This document shows, piece after piece, positions 38,158 to 51,461 of a DNA stretch of 64,000 bases. Within the stretch, counting starts at the first letter, position 1; the number at the start of each line of letters is the position of its first letter. Origin of the DNA: Azolla caroliniana (lineage: Eukaryota > Plantae > Polypodiophyta); assembly GCA_043228905.1 (NCBI GenBank), contig JBHGNT010000008.1, positions 2,046,001 through 2,110,000 on the forward strand. Reading direction: 5' to 3'. The translations under genes and the position numbers were made by a program. The notes below the pieces were generated by a model, which was not told where the DNA came from, made no database searches, and worked only from the letters and a program-made list of their open reading frames with translations.

Positions 38158-40211
38158 TCTCTTCCGCTGCACATAATCATATCCGATTCTTTACATGGTA
38201 TCAGAGTGATTTGGTAGCTTGATCTAGCCCATTCGTGTGTGTCGTGTTCTACGCCGACATTCAAGAAGAACCGGCTCATCGCTATCGCAGTGCAACTACA
38301 TAGCTCATGTTCAAGAGAGAAGGAAAAGAAGGAAGAAATATTCATGGACATAATGAATACTCAAATGGGGAGCGAAAAGTTAAACAGAAACAACTTTGCA
38401 TCTTGGGAGTACAAGATGCACCAATACCTTGTCAGCCAAGGCTATTGGAGCTACATCAAACGAGCACAAGAAAATCGACCTGACCCAACGACTCTTGAAT
38501 ACTCAACATGGGAGTAAGCCGCAAGCCGAGTGATGTATTGTTTGGCAACATGTGTTCATCACCACATGCTTGGCTACATTCGAGAAGCCACGACGCCAAA
38601 GGAAGCTTGGGAGAATCTCAAGAAGATATTCGTCGCCAATACAACAACACGAAAGCTTCAACTCCACCAAGAGTTGAACAACATCCAACAACGGGACATG
38701 TCCATCACGAGCTACACCTTGAAGATCAAGAAAATTTGTGACTCGCTCAACTCAATAAGCGTCAATGTGGAGGATGATGAGATGGTGCAAATATGCCTCG
38801 GCGGCCTCGCACCACAGTTCGACGCAATGAGATTTGTCATCCTAGCTAGGGAGAATCCTCCCTCTTTCTTAGATCTTCAATCAATGTTATTGGTTGAAGA
38901 AAACCATGTTCGAACCAAGAGGAACATCTCGGAAGGTCAAATGCTCTACGCACATTCGGACGGAGGAAGAGGATGTGACCAAGCTAGAAGAGGCCGATTC
39001 GGCCAAGGACGAGGCCGACGAGGTCCGACTCACGAAAACAACTCCCAATTTCGGCAACAAGACGGAAGCCATCGAGGAACCTTCGAAAGAAGGGGGATCC
39101 ACCATGCCAGTCCAAACCAACAAAACTCGATCGAATGCGGATACTGAGGCAAACTTGGGCACCACTAAGAAGAGTGCCGAAAGAAGATGCGCGAGTCGGC
39201 TTCAACTAGCTGACAACTAACCGATTACGCCACCAATTCCGACTATGTCGACCATGAAGGAATGTTTGTGATGAGACATAGAGCAAATTCTATGTTAGCT
39301 TCTACTTCAACTAGTGCCTCCGGTCCAGAAGTTGTATGGTTCGTCGACTCCGATGCCTCGAACCATATGACATCACATCAAGAATGGTTCCGAGAACTTT
39401 AAGAGCTAGATCGACCCGGCTATGTCGAAACCGGAGACGACACTACTCATCTGATTTGGCACATCGGTAATGTTTCATTCAGCAAAGAAGGTGTTATGTA
39501 CACATAACGTTGGTGAGGGTAGGTCACTAATATTTACATTAGTGAAGGGTATGTTCACTATTATTAAAAAGGGGACTAATGATTGGATAGAATGAATGAT
39601 ATGTGCAAGCACTATCATGATTTAGACAACCAATGAATAGAGAGCCTTTTAGAAAGGCACATCTATTCAAGGGGCCTAGGAAAAGGTATAAATATGAGGC
39701 TTAGCTACCCTCATAAGGATCATCACGTCGGAAGGTTGCTGTCGTAGACACCGGTGGTGCGGGCTAGGCTTTCGTCTCGACGATCGTGTTTATCTCTTCC
39801 AAGGTATTAGTCATCCTAATATCCGGCGGTATGGGACGTCGGTGGTAGGTTGGCTATGTCTAGATCATAGCTCGGGGGTGGTCGGGTGGAACGGGTTCTT
39901 CTATCCAATCTATTTTCTTCCTTTTTACTTGATTTGGTCTATTGATTAGTAATAGACTCTTAACAGTGGTATCAGAGCTTTTACTAACAATTTTTTTGTT
40001 GTTTTGATGTTTTTTGCGTGTGAGCGAGGGGGATCTAACAAGGCTCGTCATGCTCTTCTCAGGATCAAAACAACACTCTAAACCCGGTATTCTTCTTTTT
40101 TGATCTCTTCTCTTTTTCTATTATGCGTTCTTTATGGTCGAATCAAATTGGTATTACGTTTTATTCTCTTTCTTTCTACCTCCTACTACGCTACGATTTT
40201 ACTTATTATTA

Positions 40212-40735
40212 TGCATCGGGCCGAGCGTGTTTGCACTAATCGCACACGCTCAACTCATGGCCTTTTGCATATTGCGATATATATCCCACTCTCTCCTCTC
40301 TTGAACTCTTACGATAATAATTATTCTTGTGCATTGGGTCGAGCGTGTTTGCTCTAATCGCACACGCTTATCTCATGGCCGTTTTGCATATGATGTTGAG
40401 TATACCACTCTTCCCCTCTATTGAGCCATCACTTGGCCGATTCTAAGGGATGATGTGGCCTTGACGAGGTGTATGTTGCCTACCTATGCCACTCTACTCT
40501 CTATTAAGCCATCAATTGGCCGATTCTATGGGATGTTGTGGCCTTGACAACGTATATGTAGCTTACATATGCCACTTTCCTTTTTAATTAGCCATCAATT
40601 GGCCGATTCTAAGGGATGATGTGGCCTTGACGAGGTATATGTCACTTACCTATGCCACTTTCCTCTTTAATTAGCCATTACTTGGCCGATTCTAGGGATA
40701 TGTGGTGGTCTTGAGGAGGTGCATGTCAACTACCC
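40212..40735 (+). repeat. Tandem repeats in the 5' leader: 2 x about 118 bp, then 4 x about 83 bp
   Basis: gagcgtgtttgc..gcacacgct in units starting about 40212 and 40330. gccatca.ttggccgattcta.gggatg units near 40425, 40508, 40591 and 40674. Confidence 0.85.
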
Positions 40736-41733
40736 TAGGGTTTCGTATCTTAGGGCATGTTTGATTCCATACACCTAATTGTTGGTTATTCTAATTAAAT
40801 TTTAATTTCATAAGTATTGTTTCACTTATATGATTTTCTAGTAATTATTATTTACCCGCCCACAATTAACTCTCCTTTTTCCACTTCCTTTTCATGTATA
40901 AAGTATTTACATCGTTTATTTTTAATGTAACCTTTACGTGTAGACTATTTTTTCGTATGGAGTGGCTTGTTGAACGATTTTTTTTCAACGGGTCATCTAG
41001 GTTTAACTCTTATCATCAAGCCTTAGAAAACGAGTAAAACCATATGAGTTCCCTTATTGATGTTTTACTCATGGATTTGAGTATTACATCTTTGCGCACA
41101 ACACCGTCATCACTTGTATCAATTTGTGGCTTATGTCACAATTGTGCAAGTTATAACAATCATATTGGGATGTATATGTGCATACCTTGCACTTCCCATT
41201 TATTTGTGACATTGTTTTTTTTCGTAGGTAACACATGGGTTCTTTTTTTTTTTACCCTTGTTTTCGTCACTACTTAACTCTTATGAGTAGTGCCTTATTT
41301 TATCATTTTATCATCACGTTTGCTTATTGCTCGCAAGACTAGAATATTACTTGTGAGTGCACTTGTTTTTTCACGTAATACACTTTCTCGACCATATAAT
41401 ACATGATGGGTTGGCATTAATATAAGGCTATCTAGGAAATTTCATTGATGTAAGAACCATGGTTGAGCCTCGGGGAGCCGCCATGATTACTCAAGATAGA
41501 GATCCGAGAAATACATCTTAGCTATGTTTTCCCCCATGGTTTTTAAAACACCATAGTGTTACCATAGTTATCGGATCTCAAATCACATCTCATATGTCTA
41601 GAGGGGTAAAGACATGAGATACTTTCTTGGATAAAGTTCTTTCAATCAAAATTTCAAGCATTCATTTTGCTTGTGTATTTTCTGAACCTCCTTATTTTAT
41701 TGCATACCCACAGCGTGCATCATGTAACAAGTT

Positions 41734-44700
41734 TTGAACGCAGTTGGAACGATCTCTCCAAATGAGACCTCTCAACCCCAATCCGCATCTCGCACACAAG
41801 CTGAGATCACTATTGAGCAATTGCTCACTACTACCTTGAATCAATTGGCCGAAATGAGACAGGCCAATATGGCATTGGAAAAGAAATTCCAAGAATTAAC
41901 TATTGAGTCCAAGAAAGAAGGTGAACCTTCCTTCGTAGTCACGCCTTTCAAGGGAGATAAGAAAGAAAGAACCGAGGAGGCCATTAGCACTTGGCTTGGT
42001 CGTGGGGAGTCTCACTTTGAGCTTCATCCCAAGCCCGATGCAGTAAAAATTGGTTATGTTGGTCGTGAGTTAGGTGGCCGAGCTGCTGCTTGGTGGCGTG
42101 GCCTAAGGACCGCAAAAAACTTACCCACAACTTGGGAAGGTTTCGTTGATGTTTTTAAGAAACAATTCTTGCAGCCACCTTCTCAAACCGAACAAGCGCA
42201 ACACTTGCTCACATTGTCTAGTAAGCCATTTACCTCTCTCGAGGATTATGTGCATCACGCTCGGACCCAGATCCAAAAATCGGGACTTACGGGTGAGAAA
42301 TGGTTTGTCGCTTGTTTTTTGAATGGTATTCCCAATGGGGATTATCATTGGATTGTCCATGACAAGGACCCCACAACTTTCGAGGAAGCCGTCAACATTG
42401 TGCTGCGATACCATAAGACTTCCAAGAAAGACCACAATAAACCTAAGTTCGCCAAAACTCCGAATGTCAAGTTCATTGGGAAACGTAAGCAATCCAGTGA
42501 CACTCTTGACCGCAACTCAAAGAAACCGAACCTCTTCTGTGCATATTGCAAGAAGTGGGGCCACACAAAGGATACCTGTCGTCGTCTTGAGAGGAAGTCA
42601 ATGAACACCCCTCCTCAAGACAAATCTACGAGTCACACAGGTGAGTCTTTTGATATTGTTGAAGTTCATACCAATCACTTAAGTTTATGTGAATGCACTT
42701 TTCCTTCACATTTACTTGGACCTAATGATTTACTCCGAGCAGTCGGATATATCAATGGAACACAAGCACATTTCTTGTTTGATTCCGGTAGTTCTCACAA
42801 TTTTCTTAATGATCACTTTGTGCAGCAAATGGAGCTCCACATAAACGCAAGTGATCATATCTATCAAGCTCACATGGCAAATGGAAACGTTCAATACATC
42901 AGTGGCATTGTTTGTCAACTGCCAATTCAAATAGATACTTATTTGGAGAAGCTTGACTTTCATGTTATGAAATTACAATCCGCAGATGTCATTTTAGGAT
43001 ATCCTTGGTTTTTTAATAAAAACCCTTCTTTGTCCATTGATTGGGTTAATCACTCAATCACATTTGAACTTAATAATTGTAAACATTTTATTCAATGTTC
43101 CAAACTTCCTTCTCATTCACTTGTGTCTTCTAAATCTTTAAGTGAGTATTCTAGTTCATTAATTTATTCGTGTGTAATTGATCCTGCGGTTCAATTTTAT
43201 TATTTTAATATTGACGCCACACAATTACCACATTTTGAGCAACGATTACTCGACTCTATTTTAGAGGATTTTCAAGATGTGTTTCCTACTGAATTACCGC
43301 TTACTTTACCACCTAAACGTAATGTGGACCATCAAATTGAACTCATCCCTGGGGCTGCTCCTGTGAGCATTCCACCTTACCGACTTAGTCGATTAGAAGA
43401 GGATGAGATCGCTAAACAACTTAAGGAATACTTGAGTATGGGCCACATTAGGTATAGTAAATCACCTTGGGGTGCGCCAGTTCTATTAGTCAAGAAGAAG
43501 GAAGGTTTGTGGCGAATGTGTATCAATTATCGCCGTTTGAATAAAATGACAATTAAGAATGCATATCCATTACCTCGTGCCGATGATTTGATTGATCATT
43601 TGCACGGGGCTCGATATTTTACGAAAATTGACTTACGAACTGGTTATCATCAGATTCGCATCGCCGAGGATGATATTCCTAAAACCGCTTTTCGTACGCG
43701 CTATGGCCATTATGAGTTTTTAGTCATGCCGTTTGGGTTGACTAATGCTCCAGCCACATTCCAACAAGCGATGAATGATGTTTTCCGAGATCAACTCGGT
43801 GATTTTGTTGTCGTCTTCTTGGATGATATTTTGATATATAGCCGTACCTTGCAAGATCATGTTCAACATGTTCGATTTGTTTTGCGAAAGTTGCGTGACA
43901 ACTCTTTCTATGCAAAACATTCAAAATGTGACTTCTTCCAAAAATCTATTGTGTACCTAGGTCATTTAATTACAGAAAATGGCGTTGAAATTGAACCTTC
44001 TCGTATTGAAAAGGTTAAACTTTGGCCCATTCCTCGTAATATTCGTGAACTTAGATCATTCTTAGGGTTTGTTGGATTTTTACGAAAATCAATTCGTAAC
44101 TATTCCAAATTGACTACGCCATTACCTGACCTTTTAAAAGGTCATCCACGTAAGTCTGTCAAACCAATTTCATGGAATGAACAACTTGACAAATCATTTG
44201 AGACACTCAAGGAGCATGTGTGTCAGGCTCCCACTCTTCTATTACCAGACCCTTCTAAGCCTTTCTCAATTGAAACCGATGCTAGTGATTATGCTATTGG
44301 TGCCGTTCTTTATCAAGGTGGTCACCCGATTGCTTTTGAAAGTAAGAAGCTTGATGCTGCTCAATCTCGGTATTCGGTTCAAGAGAAAGAGTTGTTTGCG
44401 GTGATACACGCACTTAAAACATGGAGGCACTATCTCTATGGAAATAAATTTGTGGTTACAACAGACCATCAATCATTAAAGTATTTTTGTGACCAGCCCG
44501 ATCTTGTGGGTCGTAAAGGCCGTTGGGCTGACCTTATGCAAGATTTTGATTTTTCCATACGATATCGCAAGGGTTCTATGAACACCGTTGTTGATGCTCT
44601 TAGTCGCATTAAAGAAGTTAACATGCTTAGCTTCACGGAAATAAAATCTGATCTTTTAGATCACCTTCGAGGGAAATACCTTGATGACAGTTATTTCTCA

Positions 44701-46125
44701 AAATACTGGACGAAAGCCGAATCTGGTTTAGATGCCGATACTAGCACCCTACCCTCGAAGGCGACCTTTCACATTACAAACGGTTTGCTCTACCGTAGTG
44801 GAAAGGTCTGTGTTCCAGATTTACCAAATGTTAAACAGAAAATTTTTCATGAATGTCATGATGCACCATCTGCTGGTCATCCTGGAATACAACGCACACT
44901 CGTTCTCATCTCGTGTACTTTTTTCTGGCCTAAGATGTGCTCTGACGTGCATAAATACGTAACTCAATGCTTACAATGTCAGATTAATAAGTCGGAACGA
45001 CTTAAAGCTGCTGGTCTTTTACATCCCTTAGATATTCCCAACAATAAATGGGAACGTATCTCGATGGATTTTATTGTTAGTTTACCTCGTACACAGAGGG
45101 GTCATGATGCCATATGGGTTGTCGTTGACAGGCTAACAAAATTAGCTAGATTTATTCCTACAAAAACCACGGTAACCGCTCAACAGTTGGCTTATCAATT
45201 TGTTGATGAGTTATTTCGTTTTTATGGATTACCGAGGGATATTGTTAGTGATCGAGATTCCAAGTTTACTAGTGACTTTTGGACTCAGGTCTTTAAGAAA
45301 CTAGAAACTACGTTGAACATGAGTTCCGCAGATCATCCTCAGTCTGATGGACAAACTGAACGAGTTAATCAAATTATTGAGGACATGCTTCGAGCTTATG
45401 TAGCAAAAACCCCTTCTAAGTGGGAGCAATACCTTCCTATCTTAGAATTTGCCTATAATAGCTCTAAACATACATCCACTGGATATAGTCCTTTTATGTT
45501 GATGTATGGTTTTCAGCCACGTGCCCCAGTTGATGTCACGATTCATCGTGATACATTAGACAGTACACGCAATTTTTTGCAAGACATGAACCAAATGTTG
45601 CATATTGCCAAAGAAAATGTCAAGACAGCTCAAGATCGTGCTCGATTTTATGCTGATCAGGATAGACGTCCTCGTGCATTTACTATTGGTCAAAAAGTTT
45701 TTTTGCGTGTCCCGACTGATTCTACGTCATTATCTACGGGCAAGTGCGCTAAGTTAGCCCCACGATATTGTGGCCCATTTGAAATCCTTAAGCGAGTTGG
45801 GTCATCTGCTTATCACCTTGCCTTACCTCGTAACGTTGGTATTCATCCTGTTTTTCACGTCAGTCGTCTAAAACCATTTTTAGGCTCTGGTGATAACACC
45901 ATCACAATCCAAGATCTTGTAACATTAGAGGATTTTTCTTACAAACCTCATGTTCCTGAACGAATTCTTGATTCTCGTACTAAACGTTTACGTTCTAAAG
46001 AGATTCGGCTATTCAAGATCAAATGGATGGATAAACCTATTGATGATGCCACATGGGAACGCGAGCATTCGCTTAAGGCACAATTTCCTCACTTTATATT
46101 GCAAGAGTGCAATCTTTTGAAGTAG
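41734..46125 (+). CDS. Single-frame Gag-Pol with C-terminal group-II-like chromodomain; the likely original ATG (41722) is followed directly by TAA
   Basis: Zinc knuckle [14 protein letters not shown], protease LFDSGSS, RT FLDD, RNase H ETDAS, integrase [12 protein letters not shown] / DDE / GPF, chromodomain [23 protein letters not shown]. The first intact in-frame ATG is at 41854. Confidence 0.9.
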   Translation: MNAVGTISPNETSQPQSASRTQAEITIEQLLTTTLNQLAEMRQANMALEKKFQELTIESKKEGEPSFVVTPFKGDKKERTEEAISTWLGRGESHFELHPKPDAVKIGYVGRELGGRAAAWWRGLRTAKNLPTTWEGFVDVFKKQFLQPPSQTEQAQHLLTLSSKPFTSLEDYVHHARTQIQKSGLTGEKWFVACFLNGIPNGDYHWIVHDKDPTTFEEAVNIVLRYHKTSKKDHNKPKFAKTPNVKFIGKRKQSSDTLDRNSKKPNLFCAYCKKWGHTKDTCRRLERKSMNTPPQDKSTSHTGESFDIVEVHTNHLSLCECTFPSHLLGPNDLLRAVGYINGTQAHFLFDSGSSHNFLNDHFVQQMELHINASDHIYQAHMANGNVQYISGIVCQLPIQIDTYLEKLDFHVMKLQSADVILGYPWFFNKNPSLSIDWVNHSITFELNNCKHFIQCSKLPSHSLVSSKSLSEYSSSLIYSCVIDPAVQFYYFNIDATQLPHFEQRLLDSILEDFQDVFPTELPLTLPPKRNVDHQIELIPGAAPVSIPPYRLSRLEEDEIAKQLKEYLSMGHIRYSKSPWGAPVLLVKKKEGLWRMCINYRRLNKMTIKNAYPLPRADDLIDHLHGARYFTKIDLRTGYHQIRIAEDDIPKTAFRTRYGHYEFLVMPFGLTNAPATFQQAMNDVFRDQLGDFVVVFLDDILIYSRTLQDHVQHVRFVLRKLRDNSFYAKHSKCDFFQKSIVYLGHLITENGVEIEPSRIEKVKLWPIPRNIRELRSFLGFVGFLRKSIRNYSKLTTPLPDLLKGHPRKSVKPISWNEQLDKSFETLKEHVCQAPTLLLPDPSKPFSIETDASDYAIGAVLYQGGHPIAFESKKLDAAQSRYSVQEKELFAVIHALKTWRHYLYGNKFVVTTDHQSLKYFCDQPDLVGRKGRWADLMQDFDFSIRYRKGSMNTVVDALSRIKEVNMLSFTEIKSDLLDHLRGKYLDDSYFSKYWTKAESGLDADTSTLPSKATFHITNGLLYRSGKVCVPDLPNVKQKIFHECHDAPSAGHPGIQRTLVLISCTFFWPKMCSDVHKYVTQCLQCQINKSERLKAAGLLHPLDIPNNKWERISMDFIVSLPRTQRGHDAIWVVVDRLTKLARFIPTKTTVTAQQLAYQFVDELFRFYGLPRDIVSDRDSKFTSDFWTQVFKKLETTLNMSSADHPQSDGQTERVNQIIEDMLRAYVAKTPSKWEQYLPILEFAYNSSKHTSTGYSPFMLMYGFQPRAPVDVTIHRDTLDSTRNFLQDMNQMLHIAKENVKTAQDRARFYADQDRRPRAFTIGQKVFLRVPTDSTSLSTGKCAKLAPRYCGPFEILKRVGSSAYHLALPRNVGIHPVFHVSRLKPFLGSGDNTITIQDLVTLEDFSYKPHVPERILDSRTKRLRSKEIRLFKIKWMDKPIDDATWEREHSLKAQFPHFILQECNLLK

Positions 46126-49100
46126 GGGAGTATGTTATGTACACATAACGTTGGTGAGGGTAGGTCACTAATATTTACATTAGTGAAGGGTATGTTCACT
46201 ATTATTAAAAAGGGGACTAATGATTGGATAGAATGAATGATATGTGCAAGCACTATCATGATTTAGACAACCAATGAATAGAGAGCCTTTTAGAAAGGCA
46301 CATCTATTCAAGGGGCCTAGGAAAAGGTATAAATATGAGGCTTAGCTACCCTCATAAGGATCATCACGTCGGAAGGCTGCTGTCGTAGACACCGGTGGTG
46401 CGGGCTAGGCTTTCGTCTCGACGATCGTGTTTATCTCTTCCAAGGTATTAGTCATCCTAATATCCGGCGGTATGGGACGTCGGTGGTAGGTTGGCTATGT
46501 CTAGATCATAGCTTGGGGGTGGTCGGGTGGAACGGGTTCTTCTATCCAATCTATTTTCTTCCTTTTTACTTGATTTGGTCTATTGATTAGTAATAGACTC
46601 TTAACAGAAGGTAACCAAACTTACATGAAGAATTTATTGCATGTACCGACCATCACGAAGAATTTGGTCTCAGTCAGCCAAATTGTGGAGCAAGGCATGC
46701 AAGTTCGATTTAACCAACTAGTTGCTTCATCGAAAAAGATGATCAACTCATCGCATGCGGTCGAAGGGAAGGTCGAATGTTCATTCTCGATTCGCATGAG
46801 ATGAAATTGGTTATGTTTGCAAAAGGCACCAAAGCCGACACAAACATAGAGTTGTGGTACAAGAGGATTGGCCACATCAATCTCAATAAAATCAAGGCAA
46901 TGCAATCGAAAGGAGTCGTCATCGAGCTCCCGACCTTCAAAGAGAAGGAGATTGAAGGCGTATGTGCAGCCTGCCAATTTGGCAAGCAACACCTACACCC
47001 GTTCCCGAAAGAGAGGAACGTGAGCAAAGGTATACTCGACGTAATTCATTCCGTTGTATGGGGACTAGCTCAGATGGAAACATTCGAATGATGGCGATAC
47101 TATGTCACCTTTATCGATGACTTCTCCAGGCATACACAGATCTTCCCCATGCGACAGAAGAGTGAAGTGTTCTCACACTTCCAAAAATTCAAGAGTGGAG
47201 TTGAAAAGGAAACAGGTCGACATGTACGATGTCTTTGGTCGGACAGAGGAAAAGAGTACTTCTCCGACGAATTTTCGGCATTTCTCTGGAAAGAAGGAAT
47301 TCGGTGAGAGTTTTCATGTTGACATACACTGCAACAAAACAGAGTAGTTGAACGCAAAATCAACACATCCTCGAAGTATCACGGGCCATGATGAACGAAA
47401 AGAATATGACAAAGTCATATTGGGTCAAAGCAACAAATACTGTCATCTACCTCATGAACCGATGCACAACATCTAGTGTGCACGAGGTTACCCCGCACGA
47501 AAAGTACTATGGAAAGAAGCCAGATCTGTCCCATTTTAGGATATTCAGCTCACTTGCATACGTGTACATCCCCGAAAGAAGTGGCAAAAGCTAGATCCCA
47601 AGTCGAGGAAATGTATCCTCGTAGGATACTCATTGGAGCAAAAGGGGTACAAATGCTTCAACTCCTCTACTCGAAGGGTTCGAGTGAGTCGGGACATCAT
47701 TTTCGACGAATTGGCATCCTAGTACAAACCAGAGATGATTCCGACTCCGACCCAGTCGACCCAGAATCAGACCGAACAAGAGACAGAAGATGGAGATCGA
47801 ATCGAACACATGTTCGAAGAAAGCCCCAATTACGACAAGGCTTAGTGGTCCACAAGAGGCCCCGTGCGACCAAAGCACATCTCGGCCTAGTCCGATGATG
47901 GACAAAGGCAAGGCGAAAATGACGGAATATGAAGACGATCAATTCGACGACAACGAATCGACTCACTCTCGTGACAATGAGTTTGATGGTTTCGATGTAC
48001 CTATCATGAGGACACCTAGTGTAAAGAAAACCATTGCCACGGCAAACGAAAAACTCCCTCGCTCCACCCGTAAGAAGAATCCTATTAGTCGATCCGGCTA
48101 CAACGATTATATGGCATACCCCTATGCCTTTATGATGAAGGTGGCAACAGTTCGAGAACCGGAAAGTTTTTCCGAAGCAGCCAAGGATCCATGTTGGGTC
48201 GAAGCAATGAACGAAGAGATGCAATCACTATGCAAGAATGAGGCATGGGATCTCATCCCCCACTCACCGCACAAGAAGGCAATCAGCTGCAAATGGATTT
48301 ACAAAGTTAAGTATAATGCCGAAAACTCTGTAAACCGCTACAAAGCTCGACTTTTAGCAAAAGGATACGCAGAAACACATGGAGTCAATTATGAAGAGAC
48401 CTTTGCCCTGATGGCAAAGGTGACAACTATGTAGACCATGATTGCACTTGTTGTGGGGAAAGGGTGGCACCTCCTTCAGATGGACATCAAGAACGCCTTT
48501 CTTCAAGGAGAATTAGAAGAGGGAGGTGTATATGGTATAGTCACCCGACTTTGAATCCAACATTCATTCGAAAGTCGTCTGACGACTCAAGAAGCCTCTC
48601 TATGGCCTTAAGCAAGCACCACGTGCTTGGCATTCGATGATAACACAATATCTTCAACGAATCGGCTTCCGAATGTCGAAATCTGACAACTCCCTCTACA
48701 TAAGAAGTGATTCGGGAAGTCTGATTGTCACCATTCTATATGTGGATGATTTGTTCATTGGAGGTGAAAATCTAGTCGACATCAACAAGGTCAAGTCCCT
48801 CCTCTCCGACAAATTCGAGATGGCAAACATGAAGGAGCTCCATTACTTCCTTGGCATCGAGGTAATTCGGACCCCAACCAGCATTATGATCTCCCAACGA
48901 CACTACATCCTTAACTTGTTATACAAGTTCGGGATAATTGCGTGTAAATTGGTTGCAACCCCTCTCAATTGAAATCTCAAACTTGATGCCGATTCTGGCA
49001 CACAAGAGTGCGAGCCAACTCAATATCGACAACTGATCGGGAGCCTAATCCATCTCACGATCACTTGACCCGACCTTAGCTACCCGATTGATCTCCTCAG

Positions 49101-50018
49101 ACAATTCATACAAAAACCAACGAGACATTCGCTTGGATTGCGCTAAGCGAGTATTACGATACATGAGCGACACAATGGATTGTGGTCTTCTCTACAAATT
49201 ATCCACACCATTTCAACTGGGCCAGCTACAGAGCCGATAGACCATCGACCTCCGTATTTGTTTTCTCCCTCGGTAGCTGAGTGATTTCGTGGAGTAGCAA
49301 GAAGCAACCGACTATTGCACTTTCAAGCCCAGAGGCCAAATACAAGGGTGCAATCATGGCTGCATGTGAAGTCGTATGGCTCAAGAGGATTTTGAAGGAT
49401 CTGGGTGTTCCCATCAAGGATCTGACTCCCCTCTACTGCGACAACATGAGTAGTATTTATCTGGCTCAGAACCCAATGTTCCACGCATGCACGAAGCATA
49501 TCAAAGTGCACTATCACTTCATTTGAGAGCGCGTTTAGGCAAGACATATCGATCTTCAACACATCAGCATGCATCTTCAGGCAACCGACATCTTCACCAA
49601 AGCCTTAGGAGCCGACAAGCTTTGGCAATTCATGTTAGACCTTGGATTGACTATCCTTGACTTGCCAAGCTTGAGGGGGAGTACAAGAGAGAACTAGTTA
49701 CTGTCCGAACCGGGTACCAACCGAAGCGTGTCATAACTAGACTCGAACCCATAACCTTTTGTTACACGGGTCGAGACTTTACCATTAGGTTATAAATTGT
49801 AATTTGAAGGATATTATTTTCATTTAGGTTTTATTGGGAAATTGATGTATATTCCAGATTTCTCTGGAACATTCTAGAAACTTCAGGAGTATTCCTGAAG
49901 ACACTATAAAAGGAGGCGCAAGGCATTAGTTCGAACCAAATCGGTTCAACGCCAGTCTTAAGCCTTCTAACTACTGTTGTATATCTTCCTTCATATAATA
50001 CATATACCTTTCGCATCA

Positions 50019-50060
<42 letters not shown>

Positions 50061-50195
50061 ACCCATTCCTTCTCTCAAAGTTCGACACCTCTCATAGTAC
50101 TAATCCTTCTCTGTCTTAGTACTATTCCCCGACAATAGTACTAATCCTTCTTTTAGTACTAATTCCTTCTCTGCCTTAATAGAGTTCCTGACAGT

Positions 50196-50207
50196 TTGAA
50201 CCGATTT
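50196..50207 (+). promoter_or_regulatory. Self-priming PBS
   Basis: TTGAACCGATTT is the exact reverse complement of AAATCGGTTCAA at 49938-49949, which starts 33 nt after the start of TATAAAA (49905). Confidence 0.85.
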
Positions 50208-50294
50208 CTCGGTGCCTGTCTGGTCTTTTCTCTCCCTCTTCCTTCTGTCTCCCTCCTTTCCTATTAGTCTCTTATTTTCCTTTTCCTTCATCCC

Positions 50295-51461
50295 ATGGCC
50301 ACCGTTAGCGCTGAAGAGTATCAATCCGTTTTCTCGGAATTTCAATGCTTGAAAGAGAAGTTTCATGCTTTGGAACAAGAAAATCAACGCTTGTTGGGGG
50401 ATCTTCAGCAAATTTCCTTAGAAAAGCAGCAAACGCAACAACAGCATGGGGAACTTGCGTTACGCGTGCAACAACTCGAAGCAACCATCGTAGCAATGCA
50501 ACAACAAGGGCACGGAGCACAAGGGATTCATAAAGAACCCAAGATTGGCCTTCCCACGAAGTTTGATGGAACGCGATCGCAGTTTAGAGGGTTTCTTAAC
50601 CAGGTACGGTTAGTTATTCAAATGCATCCGTCCCGATATCCCACCGATGCATCACGAGTGGGTTTAGTAGGCACGTTGTTAAATGGCTCAGCATTAGCAT
50701 GGTTCGCTCCGCTACTAGAAAAGGAATCTCCAGTACTAAATAATTTTGAAGAATTCATAAATGAGTTTAAAGCATGTTTTGGAGATACTGACAGCATAAG
50801 GACTGCAATCAACAAAATCCGGCGATTACGCCAAGGTGACCGTCCAGCCTCCGCATATGCTGCAGATTTCCGCCTACTCGCCGCCGATATCCCCTGGGAT
50901 GATCAAGCATTGATGGAGCAGTTCCGCTATGGTCTACGCAACGATGTCAAGGATTTACTCTTGACTTTCCCTGAAGAGCCAAAATCATTAACAGAAGCAA
51001 TCAGTCGAGCGGTCAGATGTGACAACCGCCTCTTCGAGCGACGTTCGGAACGACAATTTCAGATGCCGAGGGCAAGATCCGAGCCTACCTATGCCTCAGT
51101 GGTAGCAAAACCTTTTCAAAGGGAGTCACATAATGCGCCTCCAGTAAGTACTCCAACTCCAATGGAAATTGACACTACACGTCGTCGTGGGCCGCTATCG
51201 GAGGAGGAAAAGCAACGACGCCGAACAAACCGATTATGCCTTTATTGCGGTGGACCAGGGCATATCGCGATAAACTGTCCCCATAGACCAAGAAGGCAGG
51301 TAAACCAAGTCGTTGTTAGTTCTGACTATACTAAACCCGAGTCTATTTCAGTAGGAATCTCTGATAGTCCTCATAGTCATAGTCCTAATAGTACTAATAG
51401 TCCGAATCTCGCAAACAAATTTGATGTCCTTAGCCAATTAGAAGAAGAGTTAAACGACTAA
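50295..51461 (+). CDS. Gag, 388 aa (sushi/PEG10-type capsid and CCHC knuckle)
   Basis: Gln/Leu-rich coiled-coil N terminus, PTKFDGTRSQFRGFLNQ, LRQGDRPASAYAADF, TPMEID and CLYCGGPGHIAINC. Confidence 0.93.
   Translation: MATVSAEEYQSVFSEFQCLKEKFHALEQENQRLLGDLQQISLEKQQTQQQHGELALRVQQLEATIVAMQQQGHGAQGIHKEPKIGLPTKFDGTRSQFRGFLNQVRLVIQMHPSRYPTDASRVGLVGTLLNGSALAWFAPLLEKESPVLNNFEEFINEFKACFGDTDSIRTAINKIRRLRQGDRPASAYAADFRLLAADIPWDDQALMEQFRYGLRNDVKDLLLTFPEEPKSLTEAISRAVRCDNRLFERRSERQFQMPRARSEPTYASVVAKPFQRESHNAPPVSTPTPMEIDTTRRRGPLSEEEKQRRRTNRLCLYCGGPGHIAINCPHRPRRQVNQVVVSSDYTKPESISVGISDSPHSHSPNSTNSPNLANKFDVLSQLEEELND

Larger units (their letters stand above)
39492..46606 (+). mobile_element. Full-length Ty3/Gypsy chromovirus with tRNA-iMet PBS and TSD GAAGG
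   Basis: LTRs at 39492-39965 and 46133-46606 (474 bp each, two transitions seen). PBS TGGTATCAGAGC at 39967-39978, PPT AGTAGGGGAG before 46133, and GAAGG at 39487-39491 and 46607-46611. Confidence 0.97.

Noticed and set aside
37929-38351. ORFs with poly-VC or poly-HT; likewise ORFs at 5929-6340, 49831-50058 and 55140-55367
   Set aside because: They are translations of CA/CT microsatellites, mostly inside LTRs.
40425-40735. CRISPR-like array (83-bp periodicity)
   Set aside because: Whole units are homologous with no unique spacers, there are no cas genes, and the array lies in a plant retrotransposon leader.
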